The notes under the pieces are model-generated. The model worked only from the letters and a program-made list of their open reading frames with translations. It made no database searches and was not told the origin of the DNA. From assembly GCA_963665125.2 (NCBI GenBank), contig CAXXUK010000001.1:2720001-2784000 (forward strand): 64,000 nt of DNA, given 5' to 3'. Source of the stretch: an uncultured Desulfarculus sp. GTDB taxonomy: Bacteria > Desulfobacterota > Desulfarculia > Desulfarculales > Desulfarculaceae. A program made the position numbers and the translations under genes. Each line of letters starts with the position of its first letter. Position 1 is the stretch's first letter. Of the stretch, positions 35,905 to 44,856 are shown in pieces.

Positions 35905-37842
35905 ATGCTCGAGTACATGCGTAATCAGGCCGGTAACTGGATGATCAAAATCGTCCTGGCAATCATCGCCATCGCTTTTGCCCTTTCCTTTGGCCTAAGC
36001 CCCAATTTCGGGTCCAATCCCGGCATAGCGATGAAGGTCAACGGCCAACCCATCATGGAAGAACAGGTTGCCAAGCGCTACAGCCAGATGGCCGAACAGG
36101 CCAGAGAGCGCTACGGAGACAACTTCGGCAAGCTCGAGCCGCTGTTGAATCTGCGCGAACAGGCCCGCTACGACCTCATGGACCGTCTTTTGATCATGCA
36201 AGCCTGCCTTGACATGGGCCTGTCGGTCAGCCCGGCCGAAGTTCAAAAGACCATCGCGGCCACCAAGTATTTCCAGGTCGACGGCAAGTTCAGCTTTGAC
36301 CGCTACGCCAAGCTCCTGCAGGCCAACCGCCTCAGCGAATCCGACTATGAAAGCTCCATTGCCAACGATATTCTCCAGAAAAAGCTGGCCGCGCTGGTCG
36401 GCGGTTCGGCCCAGGTGACGCCTCTGGAAGTGAACCAGGCCCTGGACATGGCCCTGAGCCGCATCGACGCAGTGTACGTCAAGGTCAGCCCCGCCGAGTT
36501 CTCCGACAAGGTTAAAATCACCGAAGAGGACCTTCAGGCCTATTACGAGCAGAACAAGGGCCGCTACATGAACCCGGCCACCATCCAGCTCGATTACGTG
36601 GCCGTGCCCGTGGCCAAATTCCGCGACAAGGTCGACATCATCGAGACCGATGTCGTCGACGCCTATGAAATGGACTGGCGCAAATACTCCAAGCCGGCCC
36701 AAGCCGAGGCCAGCCACATCCTTATCAGAATCCCCGAAGGCGACACCGGCCAGGCCAAGGCCAAGGCCGAGGAGTTGATGGCCAAGGCCAAGGCCGGGGA
36801 AGATTTCGCCACCCTGGCCCGGGAAAACTCCCAGGGCCCCACCGCCCCCACCGGCGGCGACCTGGGCGCCTTTACCAAGGGCCAGATGGTAGGCCCCTTT
36901 GATGACATGGTGTTCAACATGAAGCCCGGCGAAATAGGCATGGTCCAGACCGATTTCGGCTGGCACGTGGTCAAGCTCCGGGACATCAAACCCGCCCGCA
37001 CCATCCCCCTGGACGATGTGCGCGACGAAATAGCCAACAGCCTGCGCGAAAAGCAGGCCCAGCGTCTGGCCATGGAAGCTGCGGAAAGCATCTTTGACCA
37101 GCTCGCCGGCGGGGCCAAGCTTGCCGCCGCGGCAAACAGCTACGCCCTCAATGTCAGCAGCACCCCGGCCCTCGGCGCGGGTCAACAGGTCGACGCGTTG
37201 CCCGGCCTTGACGACGTATTCAAGGCCGCCCAAGGCCTCGAACAGGGACAGGCCCTGCGCCCCATGGCCTACCAGGACGGCGCAATCGTGGCCGTGATCG
37301 CCAAGCGCACCCCGCCCGAGGCCAAACCCCTGGACGAGGTCAAGCACGAGGTCGAACTGGCCGTGCGCGACAAAAAGGCCATGGAAGAGGCCAGCCAAAA
37401 GGCCGACGACATCCTGGCCCAGGCCCAAAAGGCCGACGATCCGGCCCAGGTGCTGATCAAGCTGGGCGGCAAGCCCACCGGCCTGATCACCAGCTCCGAC
37501 GAAATCAAGGACCTGCCCGGCTCCCAGGAGTTGGTCCGGGCTCTGCATCTGCTCAAGCGTGACCAGACAGTCCTGGCCAAGGCCGCGCCCGTCACCGACG
37601 GCTATGCCGCGGCGGTGATCACCGAGCGCAAGGCCCCGTCCGAAGGCGCCGTCATGGAGATGAAGCAGGAGATGACCGACCAGCTCCTCACCCAGCGCCA
37701 GAATCAGGTCTTCGCCCGCTTCCTGGCCGACCTGCGCTCCAACGCCGAAATCCTGGTGCCGGAAATGGCCGACGCCTCCGGCTTCCATCTGCCGGGCTGC
37801 GAACCGGGCCGCGAAGTCATGTGGGTCCGCAAAAAATTCTAA
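35905..37842 (+). CDS. ppiD: PpiD-like periplasmic chaperone / parvulin PPIase (SurA N-terminal domain)
   Basis: MLEYMR N-anchor, ASHILI, FATLARENS, GGDLG, FGWHVVK. Confidence 0.88.
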   Translation: MLEYMRNQAGNWMIKIVLAIIAIAFALSFGLSPNFGSNPGIAMKVNGQPIMEEQVAKRYSQMAEQARERYGDNFGKLEPLLNLREQARYDLMDRLLIMQACLDMGLSVSPAEVQKTIAATKYFQVDGKFSFDRYAKLLQANRLSESDYESSIANDILQKKLAALVGGSAQVTPLEVNQALDMALSRIDAVYVKVSPAEFSDKVKITEEDLQAYYEQNKGRYMNPATIQLDYVAVPVAKFRDKVDIIETDVVDAYEMDWRKYSKPAQAEASHILIRIPEGDTGQAKAKAEELMAKAKAGEDFATLARENSQGPTAPTGGDLGAFTKGQMVGPFDDMVFNMKPGEIGMVQTDFGWHVVKLRDIKPARTIPLDDVRDEIANSLREKQAQRLAMEAAESIFDQLAGGAKLAAAANSYALNVSSTPALGAGQQVDALPGLDDVFKAAQGLEQGQALRPMAYQDGAIVAVIAKRTPPEAKPLDEVKHEVELAVRDKKAMEEASQKADDILAQAQKADDPAQVLIKLGGKPTGLITSSDEIKDLPGSQELVRALHLLKRDQTVLAKAAPVTDGYAAAVITERKAPSEGAVMEMKQEMTDQLLTQRQNQVFARFLADLRSNAEILVPEMADASGFHLPGCEPGREVMWVRKKF

Positions 37843-37849
37843 TTTCTGA

Positions 37850-38442
37850 TCTCTTGCACCTTGGCCCGTCCTTGGGCCAAGGTGCAACGCCCCGGCCGGA
37901 GCAAGTCCGATCCGGGGCTTACGGCACATGGCTTCGCGCTGCGCCGGGCCGCCCTGCTATTTACTTGTTACTCTGGCCATCCTTGGCCAGAGTAACAGCG
38001 CCTCGGGCTGAATGAATCAGACCCGAGGCTTACGGCGCATGGCTTCGCGCTGCGCCGGGCTGGCCATCCATGGCCAGCTAGCCGTAGAGCACGATATTGC
38101 TATTTTGGGCGCTTGGCCGGGGCCACTGGGGTTTATTCAGGCATTGCGTGCTGCCCGCGATATGGCAGCCCAAGCATTGGGCGCGCGTGGCTTGGCGCCG
38201 CGCCGGGCCGCCCTGCTATTTACTTGTTACTCTGGCCATCCTTGGCCAGAGTAACAGCGCCTCGGGCTGAATGAATCAGACCCGAGGCTTACGGCGCATG
38301 GCTTCGCGCTGCGCCGGGCTGGCCATCAATGGCCAGCTAGCCGTAGAGCACGATACTGCTATTATGATGCGCCCGACCGGGGCCATTGGGGTTTATTCAG
38401 GCATTGCGTGCTGCCCGCGATATGGCAGCCCAAGCATTGGGC
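37850..38442 (-). repeat. Array B of the ~260-bp multi-hairpin repeat: two near-identical tandem units plus a diverged partial unit
   Basis: GCTATTTACTTGTTACTCTGGCC at 37956 and 38215; CAAGCATTGG at 38171 and 38431 (period 259-260); strand given relative to array A. Confidence 0.95.
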
Positions 38443-38590
38443 CGGGTCGGACGGACCCCGCTTCGAACGCCACGCTTGTTTACCAAATCCCACGGTAGTA
38501 CACTTGCCCACATCCCGGTTTCCCGACAAAAACCCACTGATTTCATATGATCAAATCGGAAGCCGGCACTTTAGGCACGGGGGCGCTAAA

Positions 38591-39010
38591 ATGCAGACAG
38601 TGACCATGGAGCCCATCGGAGTGGCCCGCTCGGCCCTAAAAAAAACCTCCGACTCCCCGCCCCAGGGCCCCACGGCGGGCACCGAAGCCGTGATTGAAAT
38701 CGACAGCAGCTATGAGCTCGGCCTGGCCGACCTGCGGCCCGGCATGGACCTGTGGGTGCTTTATTATTTCGACAAGGCCGACGGCCCGCTGATGCAGGTG
38801 CACCCCCAGGGCAACCCCAACCGGCCCCTGCGCAGTCTGTTCGCCACCAGGGCCCCCTGCCGACCCTGCCCCATCGGCCTGAGCCTGGTGCGGTTGCTGA
38901 ATAAAAACGGCTGCCAGCTCGATGTACGCGGCCTGGAGGCCATCGACGGCACGCCGATTTTGGATATCAAACCCTATAACGGAGACTTGGACAGCCCCCG
39001 TCCGGAGTAG
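38591..39010 (+). CDS. TrmO/TsaA-family tRNA t6A37 N6-methyltransferase
   Basis: PIG, LFATRAPCRPCPIGLS, GLEAIDGTPILDIKPY. Confidence 0.85.
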   Translation: MQTVTMEPIGVARSALKKTSDSPPQGPTAGTEAVIEIDSSYELGLADLRPGMDLWVLYYFDKADGPLMQVHPQGNPNRPLRSLFATRAPCRPCPIGLSLVRLLNKNGCQLDVRGLEAIDGTPILDIKPYNGDLDSPRPE

Positions 39011-39014
39011 ACCC

Positions 39015-39290
39015 ATGACCAGCGATATCACCCAATTTGACCAGGTAGAACATTTCTGGTGCCCCATGCTGGGCCAGACCATCAAATTCGGCTACTGCCG
39101 CAAAATGCGCGAAGGCATGCCCTGCCACAGGCTGCTTGTCTGTTATGAAAGCCACTTCGATGTCATCGGCTTCGTGGGGGCCAACTACACCCCCGAGGAG
39201 CAGGAGCAGTTTTTGTCCAAGCCCACCAGCCGGGTCGAAAACATGCTGGACACAGTGGAAAAGGTTAGGAAATCCGGGGCCGACCAATGA
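39015..39290 (+). CDS. Hypothetical Cys-containing protein
   Basis: CPMLG...FGYCR...PC...C pattern; coupled between neighbours (ATGA overlap). Confidence 0.7.
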   Translation: MTSDITQFDQVEHFWCPMLGQTIKFGYCRKMREGMPCHRLLVCYESHFDVIGFVGANYTPEEQEQFLSKPTSRVENMLDTVEKVRKSGADQ

Positions 39291-40111
39291 GCAAAGCCGT
39301 TGTGGTAGTCGACAACACGCCTCTGGACGGCCGCTTCGCCGCCGAGCACGGCCTGTCCGTGTGGATCGAGCACCAAGGCCTGAATCTGCTGTTGGACACC
39401 GGCATGGGCGGAGCCCTGCTGCCCAATCTGGGCGCCTTGGGTCTGGACCCCAACGACCTTGACGGCATAATCCTCAGTCACGGCCACTATGATCACGTGG
39501 GCGGCCTGGAGGCACTGTTGAAGGCCCGCAAAGAGCCCATAGACATCTGGTGCCATGCCAATGCCTTTGGCTCGCACCTGGTGAGCAGGCCAGGCGGGCA
39601 GGTCATCGCCATCGGCACGCCCCTGGACCAGGCCGGTTACGAGGCCCTGGGGGCCCGGTTCCATTTCCTGGAGCGCGACGCCAAACCCTGGCCCGGCGTC
39701 ACCCTGCTGGCCCAGATCCCCCGGAATACCGCCTTTGAAACGCCCCGTCCCGAGTTGCAGGCCGAGATCAACGGTGAGATAGCGCCCGACCCCTTCCCCG
39801 ACGACCTTGCCGTGCTGCTGGAGGCCCCGGCAGGCCCGGCGGTGATCACCGGCTGCGCCCACTCCGGGGTGATCAATATCCTGGATCTGGCCCGGCAATA
39901 CACCAAAGGCAATATAGTCATGCTCATGGGCGGCACCCACCTTGGCCCTGCCGATAAGCGCCAGCAGGATGAAACCGCCGCCGCGCTCAAACGCATGGAC
40001 GGCCTCCAGGTGGTCAGCGGTCACTGCACCCTTGCCGCCGGCGTCATGCTGGCCGAAAAGCTTGGCGGACGTTATACGGCCATGGCCGCCGGCATGTCTT
40101 TCGAGTTGTAG
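39287..40111 (+). CDS. MBL-fold metallo-hydrolase
   Basis: AEHGLS, DTG, SHGHYDHVGG, TGCAHSG, GGTHL, HCT. Confidence 0.88.
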   Translation: MSKAVVVVDNTPLDGRFAAEHGLSVWIEHQGLNLLLDTGMGGALLPNLGALGLDPNDLDGIILSHGHYDHVGGLEALLKARKEPIDIWCHANAFGSHLVSRPGGQVIAIGTPLDQAGYEALGARFHFLERDAKPWPGVTLLAQIPRNTAFETPRPELQAEINGEIAPDPFPDDLAVLLEAPAGPAVITGCAHSGVINILDLARQYTKGNIVMLMGGTHLGPADKRQQDETAAALKRMDGLQVVSGHCTLAAGVMLAEKLGGRYTAMAAGMSFEL

Positions 40112-40118
40112 GACGGCC

Positions 40119-40892
40119 TTGGCTTATATCGAACGCCAAATGATCAGCCTCTGCGGCAAGGCCGTGCACGGCTGGCGCATGATCGCCCACGGCGACCGGG
40201 TGGCCCTGGGCGTTTCCGGGGGCAAGGATTCCCTGAGCCTGTTGTATTTATTGAACGAGCGCCGCCGCCGCATCCCCATCGACTTCGAGATCGTGCCCAT
40301 GCACATCGAGATGGGCTTCGGCAATATCGACGTGGCCGCCTTGGAGCGGGCCTGCGCGGAGATGGGCCTGGAGTTGCGGGTGTTCAACAGCGATTTCGGC
40401 CCCAGGGCCCACAGCGATGAGAACCGCAAGAACAGCCCCTGTTTCTTCTGCACCCTCAAGCGGCGGACCCAGCTTTTCCTGATGTGCAAGGAATACGGCT
40501 GCAACAAGCTGGCCCTGGCCCACCACCAGGACGACATCCACGAAACCTTCATGATGAACCTCATGTATTCGGGCAAGATCGCCACCATGCTGCCGGTGCA
40601 GCCGCTGTTTCACGGCGAGCTGACCATCATCCGGCCTCTGAGCCTGGCCACGGCCGACATGACCCGGCGTTTCGCGGCGCTGAAGGAACTGCCCGTGCAG
40701 CCGCCGTGCTGCCCGTCGTCTGAGAGCACTAAACGCTCCGAGGTGGGCGAAATTCTCGACACCCTTTACCGGGGCAACAAAAAGGTCCGGGCCAACCTGT
40801 GGCACGCCCTGACCCACGCCGGGCTGGCCAGCCTGCCCACGCCGCCGCCAACCATGCGCCTGACCCGCAAAAAATCGGACAACAAAAAATGA
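40119..40892 (+). CDS. ttcA: tRNA 2-thiocytidine(32) synthetase TtcA family
   Basis: SGGKDS PP-loop, PCFFC..KRR, AHHQDD..ET, IIRPL, CCP; start TTG 40119 or ATG 40140. Confidence 0.85.
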   Translation: MAYIERQMISLCGKAVHGWRMIAHGDRVALGVSGGKDSLSLLYLLNERRRRIPIDFEIVPMHIEMGFGNIDVAALERACAEMGLELRVFNSDFGPRAHSDENRKNSPCFFCTLKRRTQLFLMCKEYGCNKLALAHHQDDIHETFMMNLMYSGKIATMLPVQPLFHGELTIIRPLSLATADMTRRFAALKELPVQPPCCPSSESTKRSEVGEILDTLYRGNKKVRANLWHALTHAGLASLPTPPPTMRLTRKKSDNKK

Positions 40893-42403
40893 GCGACGCC
40901 AAGTATAAACCGATCATGGTGGTGGGCACCGGCTCCCACGTAGGCAAGAGTGTGGTCACCGCAGCCATCTGCCGGGCTATGGCCCGCCGGGGCCATAGCG
41001 TGGCGCCGTTCAAGGCCCAGAACATGGCCCTCAACTCGGGCATCACCCCTGACGGCGGCGAGATGGGCCGGGCCCAGATCACCCAGGCCGAGTGCGCGGG
41101 CGTTGAGCCCCATGTGGACATGAACCCCATCCTGCTGAAGCCTTCGTCCAACGTGGGCTCCCAGGTCATCGTCTCGGGCAAGTCCATCGGCAATTTCAAG
41201 GCTGTCGAGTATTACAAGCTCAAACCCAAGCTGACCCGCAAGGTCATGGACGCCTTCCGCCGTTTGCAAAGCCGCCACGACGTCATCGTCATGGAGGGGG
41301 CGGGCTCCTGCGCCGAAGTCAATTTAAAGAAAAACGACCTGGTCAACATGGCCATGGCCAAACGGGCCGGGGCCAACGTGGCCCTTGTGGCCGATATCGA
41401 CGCAGGCGGCGTGTTCGGCCAGGTCATCGGCACCATGTCGCTTTTGCCGCCTTCCGAGAAAAAACTGATCCGCGGGGTGATCATCAACAAATTCCGCGGC
41501 GACCCGGCTTTGTTCACCAGCGGCATCGAATTTATCGAAAAGCGGGCCAAACGGCCTGTTCTGGGCGTGCTGCCCCATTTTAATCACATCAGCCTGCCCC
41601 AGGAAGACGGCGTGGCCCTGGAGCGGGGCGAAATGCGCGCCAGCGGCGGAGCCGTGCGCATCGGCGTGCTGCGCATCAGCCACATCAGCAACTACACCGA
41701 CGCCGACGTGCTGGCCGCCGAGCCCGGCGTGGGCCTGAGCTGGGTGGAGCGACCCCACGACCTGGCCGGTCTGGACCTGTTGATCATCCCTGGCACTAAA
41801 AACACCCTGGCCGCCCTGGAGGGCATGCGCCGGGCCGGGCTCATCGAGGCCGTGCGGGCCTATCACGCCATCGGCGGCAGGGTCCTGGGCATCTGCGGCG
41901 GCTATCAACTCCTGGGCCGGGTCATCAGCGACCCCCACGGCGTGGAGGGCCCGCCGGGCAGCCAAGAGGGCGTCGGCCTTTTGCCGGTCGTCACGGAAAT
42001 GGCCCCGGAAAAAACCACCACCAGGGCCCGGGCCGTCGCCGGCGGACACCTGCCCTGGGCCGTGGACGGCCGGGTCTCGGGCTACGAGATCCACATGGGC
42101 CTGACCACCGCCCTGGAGACGGACAATCCGGCCTTTCACCTTGTCTCGCGGCTGGACCAGACCGTTGATGAACCGGACGGCCAAGTCAGCCCCGACGGCA
42201 GGGCGGTGGGCACCTATCTGCACGGCATCCTGGACAATGACGAGTTGCGCTCCGGCCTTCTGGCCTGGGCCGGAGGGGACGGCGGCCAGGCAATGTCCCT
42301 GGACTACGCCCGGTTCAAGGACCAACAGTACGACCTGCTGGCCGATCACCTGGAAAAATACGTGGACTTGCGGCCGCTGCTGGAAGTTGCCGCATCAACA
42401 TAA
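40889..42403 (+). CDS. cobQ: Cobyric acid synthase CobQ/CbiP
   Basis: GTGSHVGKS, PFKAQNMALNS, MNPILLKP, EGAGS, GICGGYQ, GYEIHMG, GTYLHG. Confidence 0.96.
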   Translation: MSDAKYKPIMVVGTGSHVGKSVVTAAICRAMARRGHSVAPFKAQNMALNSGITPDGGEMGRAQITQAECAGVEPHVDMNPILLKPSSNVGSQVIVSGKSIGNFKAVEYYKLKPKLTRKVMDAFRRLQSRHDVIVMEGAGSCAEVNLKKNDLVNMAMAKRAGANVALVADIDAGGVFGQVIGTMSLLPPSEKKLIRGVIINKFRGDPALFTSGIEFIEKRAKRPVLGVLPHFNHISLPQEDGVALERGEMRASGGAVRIGVLRISHISNYTDADVLAAEPGVGLSWVERPHDLAGLDLLIIPGTKNTLAALEGMRRAGLIEAVRAYHAIGGRVLGICGGYQLLGRVISDPHGVEGPPGSQEGVGLLPVVTEMAPEKTTTRARAVAGGHLPWAVDGRVSGYEIHMGLTTALETDNPAFHLVSRLDQTVDEPDGQVSPDGRAVGTYLHGILDNDELRSGLLAWAGGDGGQAMSLDYARFKDQQYDLLADHLEKYVDLRPLLEVAAST

Positions 42404-42714
42404 CCGACTTGGCGCCGATAGCCAAAACGGCTGAAACATCGTCTTTGCTCATTGACGAACGACTCCTTTGGGACTATGTAATAATTTATACATACTCATG
42501 ACCTAGGGAAGCCCAAGAAGGGCGCTCGGGACAAAGGCTCCAGCCGGACACCCCCCCGTACTGACATCTACGTCTTCAACAGCCCAAGAATGGGCTAGGG
42601 ACCTTACCGGTTGCCTTATTATGAAACACTCGCCCTGGGGATCATGGGGTTCGGGCGCTGTGCTGGACGGCGCGCCGTCTGGATTTACCGGTCTGAAGGC
42701 CGGTGGATCATTAT

Positions 42715-42751
42715 GCCCTGGTTCAGCTTGAACCGGGGTTTTCTGTTTTTT
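42715..42751 (+). terminator. Terminator/attenuator ~30 nt upstream of the porin start codon
   Basis: GCCCTGGTTCA-GCT-TGAACCGGGGT plus TTTCTGTTTTTT. Confidence 0.7.
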
Positions 42752-42782
42752 GCGCCGTCACCAATCAGGAAAGGAGTGTTTC

Positions 42783-44024
42783 ATGAAAAGGTGGATTACC
42801 GTAATTGCGGCCATGGCCCTGTGCCTGGCCCTGGTTCCGGGGGCCATGGCCCAGCCGAGCCAGGAAGAAATGATGAAACAGATGATGTCGGAGATTCAGG
42901 CCCTGAAATCCCGCGTCATCGAATTGGAAACTAGGCTGAGCGACGCCAACAAGGCGGCTGAGGATGCCTCCCAGGCGGCCATGGAGGCCAGGGCGACCAG
43001 TTCCAAGTCCCTGAAGATGTCCCAGGAAGTGGCCAGGACCAAAGGCGGTCAGATCGAGGGTCTGTTGACCGAGGCCGGCAAGCGCCTCAAGATCTACGGC
43101 GCCGTGGAGTTGGAAGGCTCCTACTCCAATTACAAGCCCAAGAGCGGCGATTCGGTTTCCGACAGCAACTTCACCATGGCCACGGCCGAGATATTCTTCG
43201 ACGCCACCATCAACAAGTACACCAAGGGCTTGCTCCATTTGCTGTATGAGGATGAAGGCGATGCCATAAACGTCGACGAAGCCTTTATCCTGCTGGGCCA
43301 GACCGATGATATTCCGGCCTACTTCATGGGCGGTAAAATCTATCCGGCCATCGCCTTGTTCGAGACCTATATGGTCAGCGACCCCATCACCCAGAACCTG
43401 TTCGAGACCCAGGCCACTGCCGCCGAGATCGGCTGGGCCCAGGACTGGTTCAATATCGGCGCGGGTATCTTCAACGCCGGTATTCATGAGTCCGGCGACG
43501 CGCCGGACAACAACATCAACACATTCTATGTCAGGGCCCAGTTCGACGCTCCCGAGGGCGCCTTGGGCGAGGACGTGGACCTCAACTTCGGCGTGGCCTA
43601 CATCAACAACATCGCCGCGGGCAACCTGGGTGACGAAGTCGTGGCCGGGGAGCTTCAGGAGATCGTCGGCGGCTTGTCGGCCATGATCAGCGCCCAGTAC
43701 AAGATGATCGCCTTTACCGCTGAATACATGACGGCCGCCGATGATTTCAAGGCGGGCGAACTCAGCTTTGACGGCGGTAAAAAGGCCCGTCCAACTGCCT
43801 ATAACTTTGAACTGGCCTGCATGCCCATCGACGCCTGGACCATTGCGGTGCGTTACGAGGGCAGCGAGGACACCGGCGACTTTGAGCCGGACAACCAGTA
43901 CGGCCTGACCGTTGCCTGGGATTTCCTGCCCGACACGACTCTGAGCCTGGAATACCTGCACGGCAGCTATGAAAACGACGATGACCGCGACCTGTTCACC
44001 ACACAATTGGCCGTGGGCTTTTAA
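42783..44024 (+). CDS. Outer-membrane beta-barrel porin (LbtU-like) with N-terminal coiled coil
   Basis: Signal peptide, coiled coil, GAVELE, LLYE....VDEAFI, SDP, C-terminal QLAVGF. Confidence 0.78.
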   Translation: MKRWITVIAAMALCLALVPGAMAQPSQEEMMKQMMSEIQALKSRVIELETRLSDANKAAEDASQAAMEARATSSKSLKMSQEVARTKGGQIEGLLTEAGKRLKIYGAVELEGSYSNYKPKSGDSVSDSNFTMATAEIFFDATINKYTKGLLHLLYEDEGDAINVDEAFILLGQTDDIPAYFMGGKIYPAIALFETYMVSDPITQNLFETQATAAEIGWAQDWFNIGAGIFNAGIHESGDAPDNNINTFYVRAQFDAPEGALGEDVDLNFGVAYINNIAAGNLGDEVVAGELQEIVGGLSAMISAQYKMIAFTAEYMTAADDFKAGELSFDGGKKARPTAYNFELACMPIDAWTIAVRYEGSEDTGDFEPDNQYGLTVAWDFLPDTTLSLEYLHGSYENDDDRDLFTTQLAVGF

Positions 44025-44041
44025 AAAACAAGGGGAACACA

Positions 44042-44803
44042 ATGTGTAAAAAAGGTTTTATCGCGGCCCTGACAATGATGATGATGGGTCTGTCGGGCGC
44101 GGCCTACGCCCACTTCGGCATGGTCATTCCGGATAAAAACATCGTGGACCGGCCCGAAGAAATAAGCGTGCAGATGCTATTCTGGCATCCGTTTGAAAAC
44201 AAGGGCATGAACCTGGTCAAACCCGCCGAAGTCGGACTGGCCGGCGGCGGCGAAAAGGTGGATCTGCTGCCCCAGATCAAGCAGGCCAAGACCATGGATC
44301 ACGAGACCTGGGCCGTCAAGCAGCGGATCAAAAAGCCCGGCGACTATTATTTCTACATGGTGCCCACTCCTTACTGGGAGCCTGCCGAGGACTGCTTCAT
44401 CGTCCACTACACCAAGGCCCCGGTCAGCGCCATGGGAGCCGAAGAGGGCTGGGACGAGCCGGTGGGCCTGAAGATGGAAATCGTGCCCCTGACCAAGCCC
44501 TATGGCCTGTACGCGGGCAACAGCTTCACCGGCCAGGTTCTGTACAAGGGCAAGCCCTTGGCCGGAGCCGAGGTCGAAGTTGAGTTTTACAATGCCGACG
44601 GCAAGCGCAAGGCCCCGGCCGACGCCTATGTGACCCAGTTGGTCAAGGCCGATGGCAATGGCGTATTTTCCTTTACCATGCCCTGGGCCGGCTGGTGGGG
44701 ATTTGCCGCCCTGCACACCGATGAGGACCGTACGATCAAGCATGACGGCCAGGACAAGGACGTTGAGGTCGGCGGCGTCATCTGGGTGTTCACTCACGAA
44801 TAA
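44042..44803 (+). CDS. DUF4198 periplasmic Co/Ni uptake component
   Basis: AHFGMVIP, HPFE, PYWEPAEDCFIVHYTK, EIVPLTKP, GWWGFAAL. Confidence 0.82.
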   Translation: MCKKGFIAALTMMMMGLSGAAYAHFGMVIPDKNIVDRPEEISVQMLFWHPFENKGMNLVKPAEVGLAGGGEKVDLLPQIKQAKTMDHETWAVKQRIKKPGDYYFYMVPTPYWEPAEDCFIVHYTKAPVSAMGAEEGWDEPVGLKMEIVPLTKPYGLYAGNSFTGQVLYKGKPLAGAEVEVEFYNADGKRKAPADAYVTQLVKADGNGVFSFTMPWAGWWGFAALHTDEDRTIKHDGQDKDVEVGGVIWVFTHE

Positions 44804-44856
44804 ATAGTTGGAAAATCGCCGGGGCCACGCGCCCCGGCGTTATTAAGGCATTTGTC

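Noticed and set aside
37850..38442. CRISPR array
   Set aside because: Units are ~260 bp and similar along their whole length, with no unique spacers and no cas genes in the window
37821..38498. Repeated short ORFs (MNQTRGLRRMAS..., ...PRAE), also seen antisense at 27782-27967 and at the start of ORF 25950-27785
   Set aside because: By-products of the repeat: no RBS, frames and ends differ between copies, and substitutions preserve base pairing rather than codons
42420..42780. Canonical cobalamin riboswitch upstream of the cbiM operon
   Set aside because: Conserved core and B12-box not found by eye; kept only as an unknown leader
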